Source: an uncultured Actinomycetota bacterium
GTDB lineage: Bacteria > Actinomycetota > Actinomycetes > Propionibacteriales > Nocardioidaceae
Length of the DNA: 64,000 bases
Direction: 5' to 3'
Assembly: GCA_963754025.1 (NCBI GenBank)
Contig: CAVWEC010000002.1
Span: 50,566-114,565 of the forward strand
In this document: in pieces, positions 11,779-21,537 of the stretch
Position numbering within the stretch: the first letter of the stretch is position 1
Layout of the letters: every line of letters begins with the position of its first letter
Position numbers and translations under genes: made by a program
The notes under the pieces: model-generated
What the model saw: the letters and a program-made list of their open reading frames with translations, nothing else
Told to the model about the DNA's origin: nothing
The model's database searches: none

Positions 11779-12753
11779 ATGCGCACGATGGCGCGACGGA
11801 CGGCGGTCACGTCCGTGCTCACCCTCGCCCTCGCGGCACCGGGAGCAGGGTCGCTCGCGCACGCCGACGACACCGTCGTCGTCCCCGGCACGACCTTCCC
11901 GGCCACGTCCTCGACCTACCTGGCGCGGTTCGGCTGCCAGAGCCTCTACCACCTCGACCCGGCCGATGCGCTCGCCGAGGTCGTGCTCGACGACGGGGCG
12001 CCGCTGGGGCGGCGCGCGTTGAGCTTCCAGGTGGCCGCGCCCGGTGGCGCCACCGGGCCGGTGAGCCGGGTCGCGTCGGTCGCCACCGCCACCCACCAGC
12101 TGTCCGCACGTGCACCCGAGGGCTCCTCGGGGGTCGCGTGGGTCTGGTTCGCGACCGGCGACCTGCTCGACGGCGAGGTCTGGCTCGGCCGGGCCGACCT
12201 GGGCGTCGCGGCCGGGGGCTGGCAGCGGGTCGACGCCGCCGCAGCCACCTACACCTGGTCCCGGCTCGACGCCGCCACCGGTGCGGTGCTCGAGGAGGCC
12301 GGTGCGGCCGGCGTCGCCGACTTCACTGCTGAGCACGGCGACGGCCCCGGCTTCCTGCTCGCGGGTCTCGGTTGCGACGGCCACGGCCAGGTGCTCGACC
12401 AGGTCAGCGTGGGCCCGCCGGGTGCGGTCACGACCTACGACCTCGAGGGCTCGCCCGTCTCGACCTCCATCACCACGTCGGCAGCCGAGGTCGCCACCGG
12501 TGAGGCCGTCACCCTCACGGGCACCACCGTCAGCAGCGACCAGCGCACGCTGGGAGCCGCTCTGGTGCTGCAGGCCCGACCGGCCGGGGCCGCCGACTTC
12601 CACGACGTGTCCGAGCCCCTCGCTGCGGGCGGTGACGGGGCGGTCGTGACCGAGGTGGCGCCGGAGGAGACCACGACCTACCGCTGGTGGTTCGCCGAGC
12701 GCTCCTACGCCGACGCCCACGCGTCCCCCGAGGTCCGGGTGGTCGTGGACTAG
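11779..12753 (+). CDS. Hypothetical secreted protein
   Basis: GGAGGAG SD then ATG 11779; signal peptide ending AHA; no family recognised. Confidence 0.7.
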   Translation: MRTMARRTAVTSVLTLALAAPGAGSLAHADDTVVVPGTTFPATSSTYLARFGCQSLYHLDPADALAEVVLDDGAPLGRRALSFQVAAPGGATGPVSRVASVATATHQLSARAPEGSSGVAWVWFATGDLLDGEVWLGRADLGVAAGGWQRVDAAAATYTWSRLDAATGAVLEEAGAAGVADFTAEHGDGPGFLLAGLGCDGHGQVLDQVSVGPPGAVTTYDLEGSPVSTSITTSAAEVATGEAVTLTGTTVSSDQRTLGAALVLQARPAGAADFHDVSEPLAAGGDGAVVTEVAPEETTTYRWWFAERSYADAHASPEVRVVVD

Positions 12754-12762
12754 TTTGGCGCC

Positions 12763-13722
12763 ATGGCGTCGCCCTTCACCGAGATCGAGGTGGACGACCG
12801 CGTCGTCAAGGTGACCAACCCCGACCGGGTCTACTTCCCGGAGTCCGGGGCCACCAAGCTCGACCTGGTGGAGTACTACCTCTCCGTGGGCGAGGGCATC
12901 GTCAACGCCCTGTTCGAGCGGCCGTGCATGCTCCACCGGTTCCCGACGGGGCTGTCCGGCGACAAGGTCCACCAGAAGCGTGTGCCTGCCGGGGCTCCGC
13001 CGTGGATCGAGACGGTCCGTCTCCACTTCCCCCGCTGGAACCGCACGGCCGACGAGCTGTGCGTGACCGAGTTGGGGGCCGTCGTGTGGGCGGTGCAGAT
13101 GTCGACGGTGGAGTTCCACCCGTGGAACAGCCGGCGCGACGACCCCGAGTCGCCCGACGAGTGGCGCATCGACCTCGACCCCGGACCACTGTCGGACTTC
13201 GCCCAGGTGCAACGCGTCGCCGGGGTCGTGCACGAGGTGCTCGACGGGCTCGGGGCGGTCGGCTACCCGAAGACCAGCGGGGGCCAGGGCCTCCACGTCT
13301 ACGTGAGGATCCCACCCGACCACGGTCACAAGGCCGTCCGCCGGGCTGCGCTCGCCTTCGCCCGCGAGGTCGAGCGGCGGGCCCCGGACGACGTGACGAC
13401 CGCCTGGTGGCGCAAGGACCGCGACCCCCACCACCTCTTCGTCGACTACAACCAGAACGCGCGCGACCACACCATCGCCGCCGCCTACTCGGTGCGCGGC
13501 GTTCCCGACGCACGGGTCAGCACCCCGGTCCGCTGGGAGGAGGTCGACGACTGCGATCCGCGCGACTTCACGATCTTCACGGTGCCGCAGCGCTACGCCG
13601 AGCTCGGCGACCTCCATGCCACGCTCGACCGCGACGTCTTCGACCTCGCGCCGCTGCTCGAGTGGGCCGACCGTGACGAGGCTGCGGGAGCCGCGACCCC
13701 GGACGAGCCGGACGACTCCTAG
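12763..13722 (+). CDS. Stand-alone archaeo-eukaryotic primase-polymerase (LigD Pol domain; Prim-PolC-like)
   Basis: [44 protein letters not shown]. Confidence 0.9.
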   Translation: MASPFTEIEVDDRVVKVTNPDRVYFPESGATKLDLVEYYLSVGEGIVNALFERPCMLHRFPTGLSGDKVHQKRVPAGAPPWIETVRLHFPRWNRTADELCVTELGAVVWAVQMSTVEFHPWNSRRDDPESPDEWRIDLDPGPLSDFAQVQRVAGVVHEVLDGLGAVGYPKTSGGQGLHVYVRIPPDHGHKAVRRAALAFAREVERRAPDDVTTAWWRKDRDPHHLFVDYNQNARDHTIAAAYSVRGVPDARVSTPVRWEEVDDCDPRDFTIFTVPQRYAELGDLHATLDRDVFDLAPLLEWADRDEAAGAATPDEPDDS

Positions 13723-13732
13723 GATCATCAGC

Positions 13733-14395
13733 GTGGCCGTGCAGATCACCCCCAGCATCCTCAACGCCGACTTCGCAGCCCTCGGGGCGGAGGTCGCCCG
13801 CATCCCCGGTGCCGACTGGGTCCACGTGGACGTCATGGACAACCACTTCGTGCCCAACCTGACGTTCGGACCCGCGATGGTCGAGGCCCTGGCGAGGTGC
13901 ACGGAGGTGCCGCTCGACGCCCACCTGATGATCGAGGACCCCGACCGCGAGGCCGCGGCGTACGTCGAGGCGGGCTGCGGCTCGGTCACCTTCCACGTCG
14001 AGGCGTGCACCGCACCGGTCCGGCTCGCCCGTGAGATCCGGTCACAGGGGGTTCGAGCGGCGATGGCGCTGCGGCCCGCGACCCCGATCGAGCCCTACGA
14101 GGACCTGCTCGCCGAGCTCGACACGGTGCTGCTGATGACGGTCGAGCCCGGCTTCGGTGGCCAGAAGTTCCTCGACCTGGTGCTGCCCAAGATCCGACGC
14201 ACCCGTGCGCTCATGGACAAGCACGGCGTCGAGACCTGGCTGCAGGTCGACGGCGGCGTCTCCCTCGAGACGATCGGTCGGTGCGCCGAGGCCGGGGCCG
14301 ACGTCTTCGTCGCAGGCTCGGCCGTCTACTCCGCCGACGACCCCGACGCGATGGTCGCGTCGCTCCGGGAGGCCGCTGCGGCCGCGTCGGCCTGA
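13733..14395 (+). CDS. rpe: Ribulose-phosphate 3-epimerase
   Basis: [43 protein letters not shown]. Confidence 0.97.
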   Translation: MAVQITPSILNADFAALGAEVARIPGADWVHVDVMDNHFVPNLTFGPAMVEALARCTEVPLDAHLMIEDPDREAAAYVEAGCGSVTFHVEACTAPVRLAREIRSQGVRAAMALRPATPIEPYEDLLAELDTVLLMTVEPGFGGQKFLDLVLPKIRRTRALMDKHGVETWLQVDGGVSLETIGRCAEAGADVFVAGSAVYSADDPDAMVASLREAAAAASA

Positions 14396-14464
14396 GCCAC
14401 GGGGGCTGTGGGCGACCTCACGACCCGGACCACGCCGGGCGGGAGTAGGCTCGACGGCGCAACA

Positions 14465-14482
14465 GCACCGACACGTCGGTGC
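14465..14482 (+). other. Perfect hairpin between rpe and the FMN riboswitch
   Basis: GCACCGAC-AC-GTCGGTGC; a TAGGCT -10-like hexamer lies upstream at about 14445-14451. Confidence 0.45.
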
Positions 14483-14483
14483 T

Positions 14484-14629
14484 CGCGTGCTCTGGGGGCG
14501 GTGAAAGTCCGCACCGGCGGTGATCGGGCCTGTGGCCCGGAAGTCCGCGACCCGGCCGCAGCCAGCGTCCGGTTGACCAGGTGGGATTCCTGGACCGACG
14601 GTCAAAGTCCGGATGGAAAGACGCACGCG
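14484..14629 (+). promoter_or_regulatory. FMN riboswitch (RFN element)
   Basis: GGTGAAAGTCC, ACCGGCGGT, AGTCCGCGACCCG, GACCAGGTG..ATTCCTGGACCGACGG, AGTCCGGATGG; P1 CGCGTGC/GCACGCG; upstream of ribD. Confidence 0.95.
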
Positions 14630-14712
14630 GCCATGTCGCACCGCCCACCCGCGGTGCGCACGTCGGCCACCTGCCCCGGACGTCCGTGAGCACCCCGGAC
14701 CCGGAGGACACG

Positions 14713-15762
14713 ATGACCGTCACTCCCGCAGAGCACGCCGCGATGGCGCGCGCCCTCGAGCTGGCGGCGACCCCGGGTGTTCCCCACGGGCCGAACCCGA
14801 GGGTGGGCTGCGTCCTGCTCGCTGCCGACGGCAGCGAGCTAGCCGAGGGGTTCCACCGGGGTGCCGGGACCCCCCACGCCGAGGTCGACGCCCTGCGCAA
14901 CGCCGGTGGCGACGCCCGAGGCGCGACCGCCGTGGTGACCCTCGAGCCCTGCCACCACACCAGCCCCCGCAGTGGACCGTGCACGGAGGCGCTCCTCGCC
15001 GCCGGCGTACGCCGCGTGGTGTTCGCGCAGGCCGACACCAACCCGGTGGCTCGCGGAGGGGCGGCCGCCCTCGCCGCCGCCGGGGTCGAGGTCGAGGGCG
15101 GCGTGCTCGCCGACGAGGCACGGGGGTTGAACCGGGCCTGGACCTTCGCGGTCGACCACGGCCGGCCGTTCGTGACCTGGAAGCTCGCCGCCACGCTCGA
15201 CGGCCGCAGCGCCGCCGCCGACGGCACCAGCCGCTGGGTCTCCAGCCTGGCGGCACGCCGCGACACGCACCGGCTGCGCGGCGAGTGCGACGTGATGATG
15301 GTCGGCGCCGGCACCGTGGAGGTCGACGACCCCGAGCTGACCGTGCGCGACGAGCTCGACCAGCCCGTGTCGCGCCAGCCGCTGCGCGTCGTGGTGGGGG
15401 AGCGGGACCTGCCCACCGACCGTCGGGTGTTCAACGACCGGGCCGAGACGCTCCACCTGCGCACCCGCGACCCCCACGAGGTGCTGACCACGCTGTTCGG
15501 GCGCGACCGCCAGCACGTCCTCCTCGAGGGCGGGCCGACCCTGGCTGCCGCGTTCCTCGACGCCGGACTGGTGGACGAGGTGGTCGCCTACGTCGCGCCG
15601 GTGCTGCTCGGCGGAGGCCACGCAGCCGTCGGCGACCTCGGCATCACCACGATGTCCGGGGCACTGCACCTGCACGTCGAGGACGTGCACGTCCTGGCCG
15701 GCCACGACGGCGAGGACACCAACGTCCGGCTCACCATGAGCCCATCACCGAGGAGGAAGTGA
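14713..15762 (+). CDS. ribD: Riboflavin biosynthesis deaminase/reductase
   Basis: PNPRVGCV, HAEVDAL, TLEPCHH, KLAATLDGRSAA, LEGGPTLA; GGAGG SD. Confidence 0.97.
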   Translation: MTVTPAEHAAMARALELAATPGVPHGPNPRVGCVLLAADGSELAEGFHRGAGTPHAEVDALRNAGGDARGATAVVTLEPCHHTSPRSGPCTEALLAAGVRRVVFAQADTNPVARGGAAALAAAGVEVEGGVLADEARGLNRAWTFAVDHGRPFVTWKLAATLDGRSAAADGTSRWVSSLAARRDTHRLRGECDVMMVGAGTVEVDDPELTVRDELDQPVSRQPLRVVVGERDLPTDRRVFNDRAETLHLRTRDPHEVLTTLFGRDRQHVLLEGGPTLAAAFLDAGLVDEVVAYVAPVLLGGGHAAVGDLGITTMSGALHLHVEDVHVLAGHDGEDTNVRLTMSPSPRRK

Positions 15763-15763
15763 C

Positions 15764-16381
15764 GTGTTCACCGGCATCGTGGAGGAGCTCGGCACGGTCG
15801 CGGAGGTCGTCGACCAGGGCGACGCCGTCCGGCTCACGGTCCGTGCGACCACCGTGCTCGAGGACGCGCGGCTCGGCGACTCGATCGCCGTCAACGGCTG
15901 CTGCCTGACCGTCGCCGAGCTCGGTGAGGGCACCTGGACCGCCGACGTCATGCAGGAGACCCTCGACAAGACCTCGCTGCGCGGTGTCGCCCGGGGCGAC
16001 GCCGTCAACCTCGAACGTGCCGCCACCCTCCACACCCGTCTCGGCGGTCACCTCGTGCAGGGCCACGTCGACGGCACCGGTGAGGTGCTCTCCCGGACCC
16101 CGAGCGAGCACTGGGAGCTGGTCGCGGTCTCGCTGCCCGCCCCGCTCGCACCGTTCCTCGTCGACAAGGGCTCGATCACCGTCGACGGCGTCAGCCTCAC
16201 CGTCGTGGCGGCCCACGACGACCACTTCACCGTCAGCCTCATCCCCGAGACCCTCGCCCGCACGACCCTCGGAGCGCGGTCTCCGGGGCAGCGGGTCAAC
16301 CTCGAGGTCGACATCATCGCCAAGCACGTCGCCCGGCACGTCGAGAAGCTCGTCCGTGCCCACACAGGAGGAACCCCATGA
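15764..16381 (+). CDS. ribE: Riboflavin synthase alpha chain
   Basis: MFTGIVEE N-terminus, SIAVNGCCLTV, GHLVQGHVDG, KGSITVDGVSLT. Confidence 0.97.
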   Translation: MFTGIVEELGTVAEVVDQGDAVRLTVRATTVLEDARLGDSIAVNGCCLTVAELGEGTWTADVMQETLDKTSLRGVARGDAVNLERAATLHTRLGGHLVQGHVDGTGEVLSRTPSEHWELVAVSLPAPLAPFLVDKGSITVDGVSLTVVAAHDDHFTVSLIPETLARTTLGARSPGQRVNLEVDIIAKHVARHVEKLVRAHTGGTP

Positions 16382-17064
16382 TCGACTGGCTGCTCCACGG
16401 CACCATCCCCGTCGCCGGCGGCGCGTTGCTGGCCCGTGAGGTCGTCGGCAACCTGTTCGGGCTCGCGAGCGCCCTGTTCGGCATGCAGCGGCTCGTGTGG
16501 GCATGGCCGGTCGGCATCGTCGGCAACGTGCTGCTGTTCACCGTCTTCGTCACCGGGGAGATCAGTGGCGCCTCCACCGATCCGCTGTGGGGCCAGGCCG
16601 GTCGGCAGGTCTTCTTCGTGGCCGTGAGCGTCTACGGGTGGTGGCGGTGGCAGCAGGCCCGCAGCGCGGGCGGCGCAGCGGACGGCCGCGCCATCACCCC
16701 GCGGTGGGCGACCACCCGTGAGCGGGTGCTGCTGGTGGTCCTGGCCGCCGGCGGTTACGGCGCGGCGTACCTGCTGCTGCTCCAGATCGGTTCGTGGGGC
16801 CCGACCACCGAGGCCTGGATCCTCGCCGGGTCGATGCTCGCCACCTACGGCATGGCCCGGGGGTGGGTCGAGTTCTGGCTGGTCTGGATCGCCGTCGACA
16901 TCGTCGGCGTGACCACCCTGGTGCAGGCGGGCTTCTACCCGACCGCCGGCATGTACGTCTTCTACGGCGGCTTCTGCGTCGTCGGCCTGGTCGCGTGGAT
17001 GCGCGCCGAGCGGCGGGCGCGCGACGACGAGCGGCCGCGTGAGCCCGAGGAGGTCAGCGCATGA
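16378..17064 (+). CDS. PnuC-family transporter, probably riboflavin uptake (RibM/PnuX-like)
   Basis: Multi-[32 protein letters not shown]; inside the FMN-controlled rib operon. Confidence 0.85.
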   Translation: MIDWLLHGTIPVAGGALLAREVVGNLFGLASALFGMQRLVWAWPVGIVGNVLLFTVFVTGEISGASTDPLWGQAGRQVFFVAVSVYGWWRWQQARSAGGAADGRAITPRWATTRERVLLVVLAAGGYGAAYLLLLQIGSWGPTTEAWILAGSMLATYGMARGWVEFWLVWIAVDIVGVTTLVQAGFYPTAGMYVFYGGFCVVGLVAWMRAERRARDDERPREPEEVSA

Positions 17065-18347
17065 CGCACCCGACCTCCGCAGTGCGCCTCGACAGCGTCG
17101 AGCGGGCGATCGCCGACATCGCGGCGGGCAAGGCGGTCGTGGTCGTCGACGACGAGGACCGCGAGAACGAGGGCGACATCATCTTCGCCGCCTCCCGGGC
17201 CACGCCGGAGCTGATGGCCTTCACGATCCGGCACTCGAGCGGGGTGATCTGCGTCCCGATGCCGGCCGACATGCTCGACCGCCTCGAGATCCCGCTGATG
17301 ACGCCGCACAACAAGGACAAGCTGCGCACCGCCTACACGATCTCGGTCGACGCCCGCGACGGCGTGAGCACCGGCATCTCTGCCGCCGACCGCGCCCACA
17401 CCGCCCGTGTGCTGGCCGACTCGGCCACCGAGCCGTGGGAGATCACCAGGCCCGGCCACGTCTTCCCGCTGCGCTACCGCGAGGGTGGGGTGCTCGTACG
17501 ACGGGGCCACACCGAGGCCGCCGTCGACCTGGCCCGACTGGCCGGTCTCACGCCCGCCGGCGTCCTGGTCGAGGTGGTGAACGACGACGGCACGATGAAG
17601 CGTGCGCCCGAGCTGCGCGAGTTCGCCGACGAGCACGGCCTCGCGATGATCTCGATCGAGGACCTGGTGCGCCACCGCCACCGCACCGAGATGCTGGTCG
17701 AGCGGGTGGCCGAGACCCGGCTGCCGGCCCGGGCCGGTGAGTTCCGGGCCTTCGGCTACCGCAGCCGGGTCGACGGCGGCGAGCACCTCGCCCTGGTGCA
17801 CGGTGACCTCGACGCGGCCAACGCCGCCGGGGACCCGGTGCTGGTGCGTGTGCACTCCGAGTGCCTCACCGGTGACGTCTTCGGCAGCCACCGCTGCGAC
17901 TGCGGACCGCAGCTCGACGAGGCGCTCGACCGCGTGATCAGCGAGGGCGTGGGCATCGTGATCTACCTGCGCGGCCACGAGGGGCGCGGCATCGGGCTGG
18001 TCGCCAAGCTGCAGGCCTACGCGCTCCAGGACGGTGGTCGCGACACCGTCGACGCCAACCTCGACCTCGGGCTGCCGGCCGACGCCCGCCACTACGGGGC
18101 GGCCACCCAGATCCTGCGTGACCTCGGCGTGCGCGCGGTCCGGCTGCTCACCAACAACCCCGACAAGACCTCCAGCCTGGCGGACTACGGTGTGGCGGTG
18201 GCCGAGCGGATCCCGCTGACGCCCCGCGCCAACGACCACAACCTGGCCTACCTGCTGACCAAGCGCGACCGGATGGGGCACGACCTGCCCGATCTGGCCG
18301 ACCACCCCAGCCACCGACCCACCCGAGATGTCGAGGAGACCCCGTGA
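17061..18347 (+). CDS. ribBA: DHBP synthase / GTP cyclohydrolase II
   Basis: [45 protein letters not shown]. Confidence 0.97.
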   Translation: MTHPTSAVRLDSVERAIADIAAGKAVVVVDDEDRENEGDIIFAASRATPELMAFTIRHSSGVICVPMPADMLDRLEIPLMTPHNKDKLRTAYTISVDARDGVSTGISAADRAHTARVLADSATEPWEITRPGHVFPLRYREGGVLVRRGHTEAAVDLARLAGLTPAGVLVEVVNDDGTMKRAPELREFADEHGLAMISIEDLVRHRHRTEMLVERVAETRLPARAGEFRAFGYRSRVDGGEHLALVHGDLDAANAAGDPVLVRVHSECLTGDVFGSHRCDCGPQLDEALDRVISEGVGIVIYLRGHEGRGIGLVAKLQAYALQDGGRDTVDANLDLGLPADARHYGAATQILRDLGVRAVRLLTNNPDKTSSLADYGVAVAERIPLTPRANDHNLAYLLTKRDRMGHDLPDLADHPSHRPTRDVEETP

Positions 18348-18829
18348 GCGGACCCGGAGCCCCAGCCCACACACCCACCGACTGCCACGACCTGCGTGTG
18401 GCCGTGGTCGCGGCCAGCTGGCACGAGACCGTGATGGCCGGGCTGCTGGACGGCGCGGCCCGCGCCTGCCGTGACCACCTCGTGGAGGAGCCGCAGGTGG
18501 TGCGGGTCCCGGGCACGTTCGAGCTCCCGGTCGTCGCGGCGGCCCTCGCGAGTCAGGGCTACGACGCGATCGTGGCGCTCGGCGTCGTGATCCGCGGCGG
18601 CACCCCCCACTTCGAGTACGTGTGCACCGCCGCCACCGACGGGCTGACCCGGGTCGCCGTCGACCACCAGACCGCGGTCGGCTTCGGCGTCCTCACCTGC
18701 GACACCGAGGAGCAGGCGCTCGACCGGGCCGGTCTCTCCTCCTCCCACGAGGACAAGGGCTACGAGGCGACGTCCGCAGCCCTGACCACGGCGCAGACCC
18801 TGCGTCAGCTCAAGCGCGGCTACGTCTAG
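18344..18829 (+). CDS. ribH: 6,7-dimethyl-8-ribityllumazine synthase
   Basis: [35 protein letters not shown]. Confidence 0.97.
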   Translation: MSGPGAPAHTPTDCHDLRVAVVAASWHETVMAGLLDGAARACRDHLVEEPQVVRVPGTFELPVVAAALASQGYDAIVALGVVIRGGTPHFEYVCTAATDGLTRVAVDHQTAVGFGVLTCDTEEQALDRAGLSSSHEDKGYEATSAALTTAQTLRQLKRGYV

Positions 18830-18840
18830 GCTCTCTCGGC

Positions 18841-19104
18841 GTGAAGACGTTCGACGAGCTCTGGTCCGAGCTGAGCGAGAAGGCCGCCACCCGGCCCGAG
18901 GGCTCGGGCACCGTGCGACAGCTCGACGCCGGCGTCCATGCGATCGGCAAGAAGCTGGTCGAGGAGGCCGCCGAGTCATGGATGGCCGCCGAGCACGAGG
19001 GCAAGGAGCGGGCTGCCGAGGAGCTGAGCCAGCTGCTCTACCACGCGCAGGTCCTGATGCTCGCCTGCGACCTGACCCTCGACGACGTCTACTCCCACCT
19101 GTGA
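18841..19104 (+). CDS. hisE: Phosphoribosyl-ATP pyrophosphatase
   Basis: [32 protein letters not shown]. Confidence 0.95.
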   Translation: MKTFDELWSELSEKAATRPEGSGTVRQLDAGVHAIGKKLVEEAAESWMAAEHEGKERAAEELSQLLYHAQVLMLACDLTLDDVYSHL

Positions 19105-19124
19105 AGGAACCCGGGACCACTCCC

Positions 19125-20006
19125 ATGTCGACCCCGATGTCCAGCCAGCCCACCGGCGACCGGCTCCTGCGCGTCGCCGTCCCCAACAAGGGGTCGCTCT
19201 CGCAGTCGGCCTCCGAGATCCTGCGCGAGTCCGGCTACCGGCAGCGTCACGACACCAAGGAGCTGCGGCTCCTCGACGCCGAGAACGGGGTCGAGTTCTT
19301 CTACCTGCGGCCCCGGGACATCGCCCTGTACGTCGGGGAGGGCACCCTGGACGTCGGCATCACCGGCCGCGACCTGCTGCTCGACTCGGGGGCCACGGCG
19401 ACCGAGGTCATGGACCTCGGGTTCGGCGGCAGCCGGTTCCGCTTCGCCGGGCCTGCCGGTCGCTTCAGCGACCTCGCCGACCTCGCCGGGCAGCGGATCG
19501 CCACGTCGTACGTCGGCATCGTCGAGAGCTTCCTCCAGCAGCGGGGCATCGAGGCCTCGGTGACCCGGCTCGACGGGGCGGTCGAGACGAGCATCCAGCT
19601 CGGTGTCGCCGACGTCATCGCCGACGTGGTCGAGACCGGCAGCACCCTGCGCGCAGCCGGGCTGGAGACCTTCGGCGAGACGATCCTGGAGTCCCAGGCC
19701 GTGCTCGTCACCCGGGGTGACGAGGTCCCCGCCGACTTCGAGATCTTCCGGCGTCGCCTCGAAGGCGTCCTCGTGGCGCGGGCCTACGTGATGATGGACT
19801 ACGACATCCCCGCCACCCACGTGTCCGACGCCGTGGCCCTGACGCCCGGCATCGAGAGCCCGACCGTCTCGCCGCTCCACCGTGAGGGCTGGGTCGCGGT
19901 GCGGGCGATGGTGCCACGCACCGGTGCCCAGCGGCTCATGGACGAGCTCTGGGTGATCGGCGCCCGCGGCATCCTCCTCACGGACATCCATGCCTGCCGT
20001 CTCTGA
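19125..20006 (+). CDS. hisG: ATP phosphoribosyltransferase (long form)
   Basis: LRVAVPNKGSL, LRPRDIA, GAVETSIQLGVADVIADVVETGSTL, PGIESPTVSPL. Confidence 0.97.
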   Translation: MSTPMSSQPTGDRLLRVAVPNKGSLSQSASEILRESGYRQRHDTKELRLLDAENGVEFFYLRPRDIALYVGEGTLDVGITGRDLLLDSGATATEVMDLGFGGSRFRFAGPAGRFSDLADLAGQRIATSYVGIVESFLQQRGIEASVTRLDGAVETSIQLGVADVIADVVETGSTLRAAGLETFGETILESQAVLVTRGDEVPADFEIFRRRLEGVLVARAYVMMDYDIPATHVSDAVALTPGIESPTVSPLHREGWVAVRAMVPRTGAQRLMDELWVIGARGILLTDIHACRL

Positions 20007-20430
20007 GCCGGCGCTGCCCCGCACCTGGCGCCCGCTCGGGGTCCGTGTCGCCGGCGTCGTCTTCGGCGGTCTGCTCCTCGTGGTGTGCGCGGCAGCCTGG
20101 TTCTCCTTCGACGACGAGACCCGTGCGAAGTTCACGATCTTCCAGCGCGGCACGATCATCTTCCTCGGCCTGCTCTTCTTCTCGGTCGGTCACGCGATGG
20201 CGCGCTCGCGGGTGGTCGCCACGGCCGAGCGCCTCGTCGTCGTCAACGGCTACCGGCGCCACGACTACGAGTGGGCCGAGGTGGTCGCGGTGCACCTGCC
20301 GCGGGGGGCGCCGTGGGCGGTGCTCGACCTCGCCGACGGCACGAGCCAGCCCGCGATGGGCATCCAGGGGTCCGACGGAGGCCGCGCCCGCGCCGCCGTC
20401 GCTGAGCTGCGGCTGCTGGTCGACCGCTAG
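19990..20430 (+). CDS. Membrane protein with bacterial PH-like domain
   Basis: Two TM segments then RVVATAERLVVVNGYRR...WAEV...PWAVLDLADG; commonly follows hisG in actinomycetes. Confidence 0.75.
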   Translation: MPAVSEPALPRTWRPLGVRVAGVVFGGLLLVVCAAAWFSFDDETRAKFTIFQRGTIIFLGLLFFSVGHAMARSRVVATAERLVVVNGYRRHDYEWAEVVAVHLPRGAPWAVLDLADGTSQPAMGIQGSDGGRARAAVAELRLLVDR

Positions 20431-20990
20431 GCGCTCCCGGCGGCGCCGCCGTCGACGATGAGATCGGCGACCTCCCGCGTCGGGTGCCGGGCGAAGTGCT
20501 CGGCCTCGGCTGCCGCCCACGCCTCCCAGTGGGGCTCGAACGCGGCGCCGTCGCGCTCGAGCCCGCGCAGCCTGCGGAGGTCGTACGCCGCCTCGACCCA
20601 GACCAGGACGGTGGCGTGCGCTCGGGCGACCGGCGACCCCGACCCGACTCCTTCGAGCACCAGCAGTGGTCCGGGCGGCACCGTGACCTCCTCGGCCCAC
20701 GAGTCGGTGTGCCAGTCCCACCGGCGGTAGCGCCCCGTCTCCCCACGGGCCAGCGGCGTCAGCAGGGAGGTGAGCTGCGCCTCGACGTGCGGCAGGCCGT
20801 CCCACCCGGGGTACAGGTCGTCGAGGTGCACGACCCGCGCCGCGGGGCGCGCGGCGGCGATCTCCTGCGCGACGGTGGTCTTGCCCGACCCGGAGGGGCC
20901 GTCGACGCACACCAGCCTGCCCGCCCCGAGCGTGGCGGGACGGGAGTCCACGAGGCCGAGGAGCCGCTCGAGCGTCGGAACCGGGTTCAT
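20427..20990 (-). CDS. Uridine/cytidylate kinase-like P-loop protein
   Basis: VCVDGPSGSGKTT, HLDDLYPGW, LVLEGVG; TAGGGT -10 six nt before ATG. Confidence 0.8.
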   Translation of the reverse strand: MNPVPTLERLLGLVDSRPATLGAGRLVCVDGPSGSGKTTVAQEIAAARPAARVVHLDDLYPGWDGLPHVEAQLTSLLTPLARGETGRYRRWDWHTDSWAEEVTVPPGPLLVLEGVGSGSPVARAHATVLVWVEAAYDLRRLRGLERDGAAFEPHWEAWAAAEAEHFARHPTREVADLIVDGGAAGSA

Positions 20991-21116
20991 GGTCGAACCC
21001 TAGGCAGGGACCGTGTCGAAGTGCCCCGCCGAGGCCGCTGATGGGGCAGGGTGTCCCGCGGGGCCGACCCGGTCCCGCGCCACTCACATCTCAGGAACCA
21101 GCACCCAGGGGGATCC

Positions 21117-21515
21117 ATGACCATCCGTACGCGTCTCGCCGCAGTCGTCTGCGCGCTCGCGGTCAGCGCACCGCTGACCGCCGCGAGCACGGCGCAGGCC
21201 GAGCCCGCCTCGCCCGACGCCACGCGCGAGATCTCGATCAAGGGCATCGAGCCGCGCAACAACGTCTTCTTCGCCAAGGGGCGGGTGTCGCCGAGCTACG
21301 AGAACCGCTACGCGGTGATGCAGCGCAAGCTCAAGAGCGACAAGAAGTGGGACAACTGGAAGAAGTTCAAGACCAACGGCAAGAGCCGCTACCGCAAGGA
21401 GATCAAGGCCCTCAACCGGGTCGGCACGGTCTGCTACCGCGTGAAGGTCAAGGCCAGCGGGCGCTTCGAGACGTCCTACTCGGGCAGGGTCTGCATCAAG
21501 ACCACGCGCGGCTGA
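21117..21515 (+). CDS. Small basic secreted hypothetical protein
   Basis: Signal peptide ending AQA; Lys/Arg-rich mature part with two Cys. Confidence 0.7.
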   Translation: MTIRTRLAAVVCALAVSAPLTAASTAQAEPASPDATREISIKGIEPRNNVFFAKGRVSPSYENRYAVMQRKLKSDKKWDNWKKFKTNGKSRYRKEIKALNRVGTVCYRVKVKASGRFETSYSGRVCIKTTRG

Positions 21516-21537
21516 CCGGGACGGGCCCGGCCCGGGG

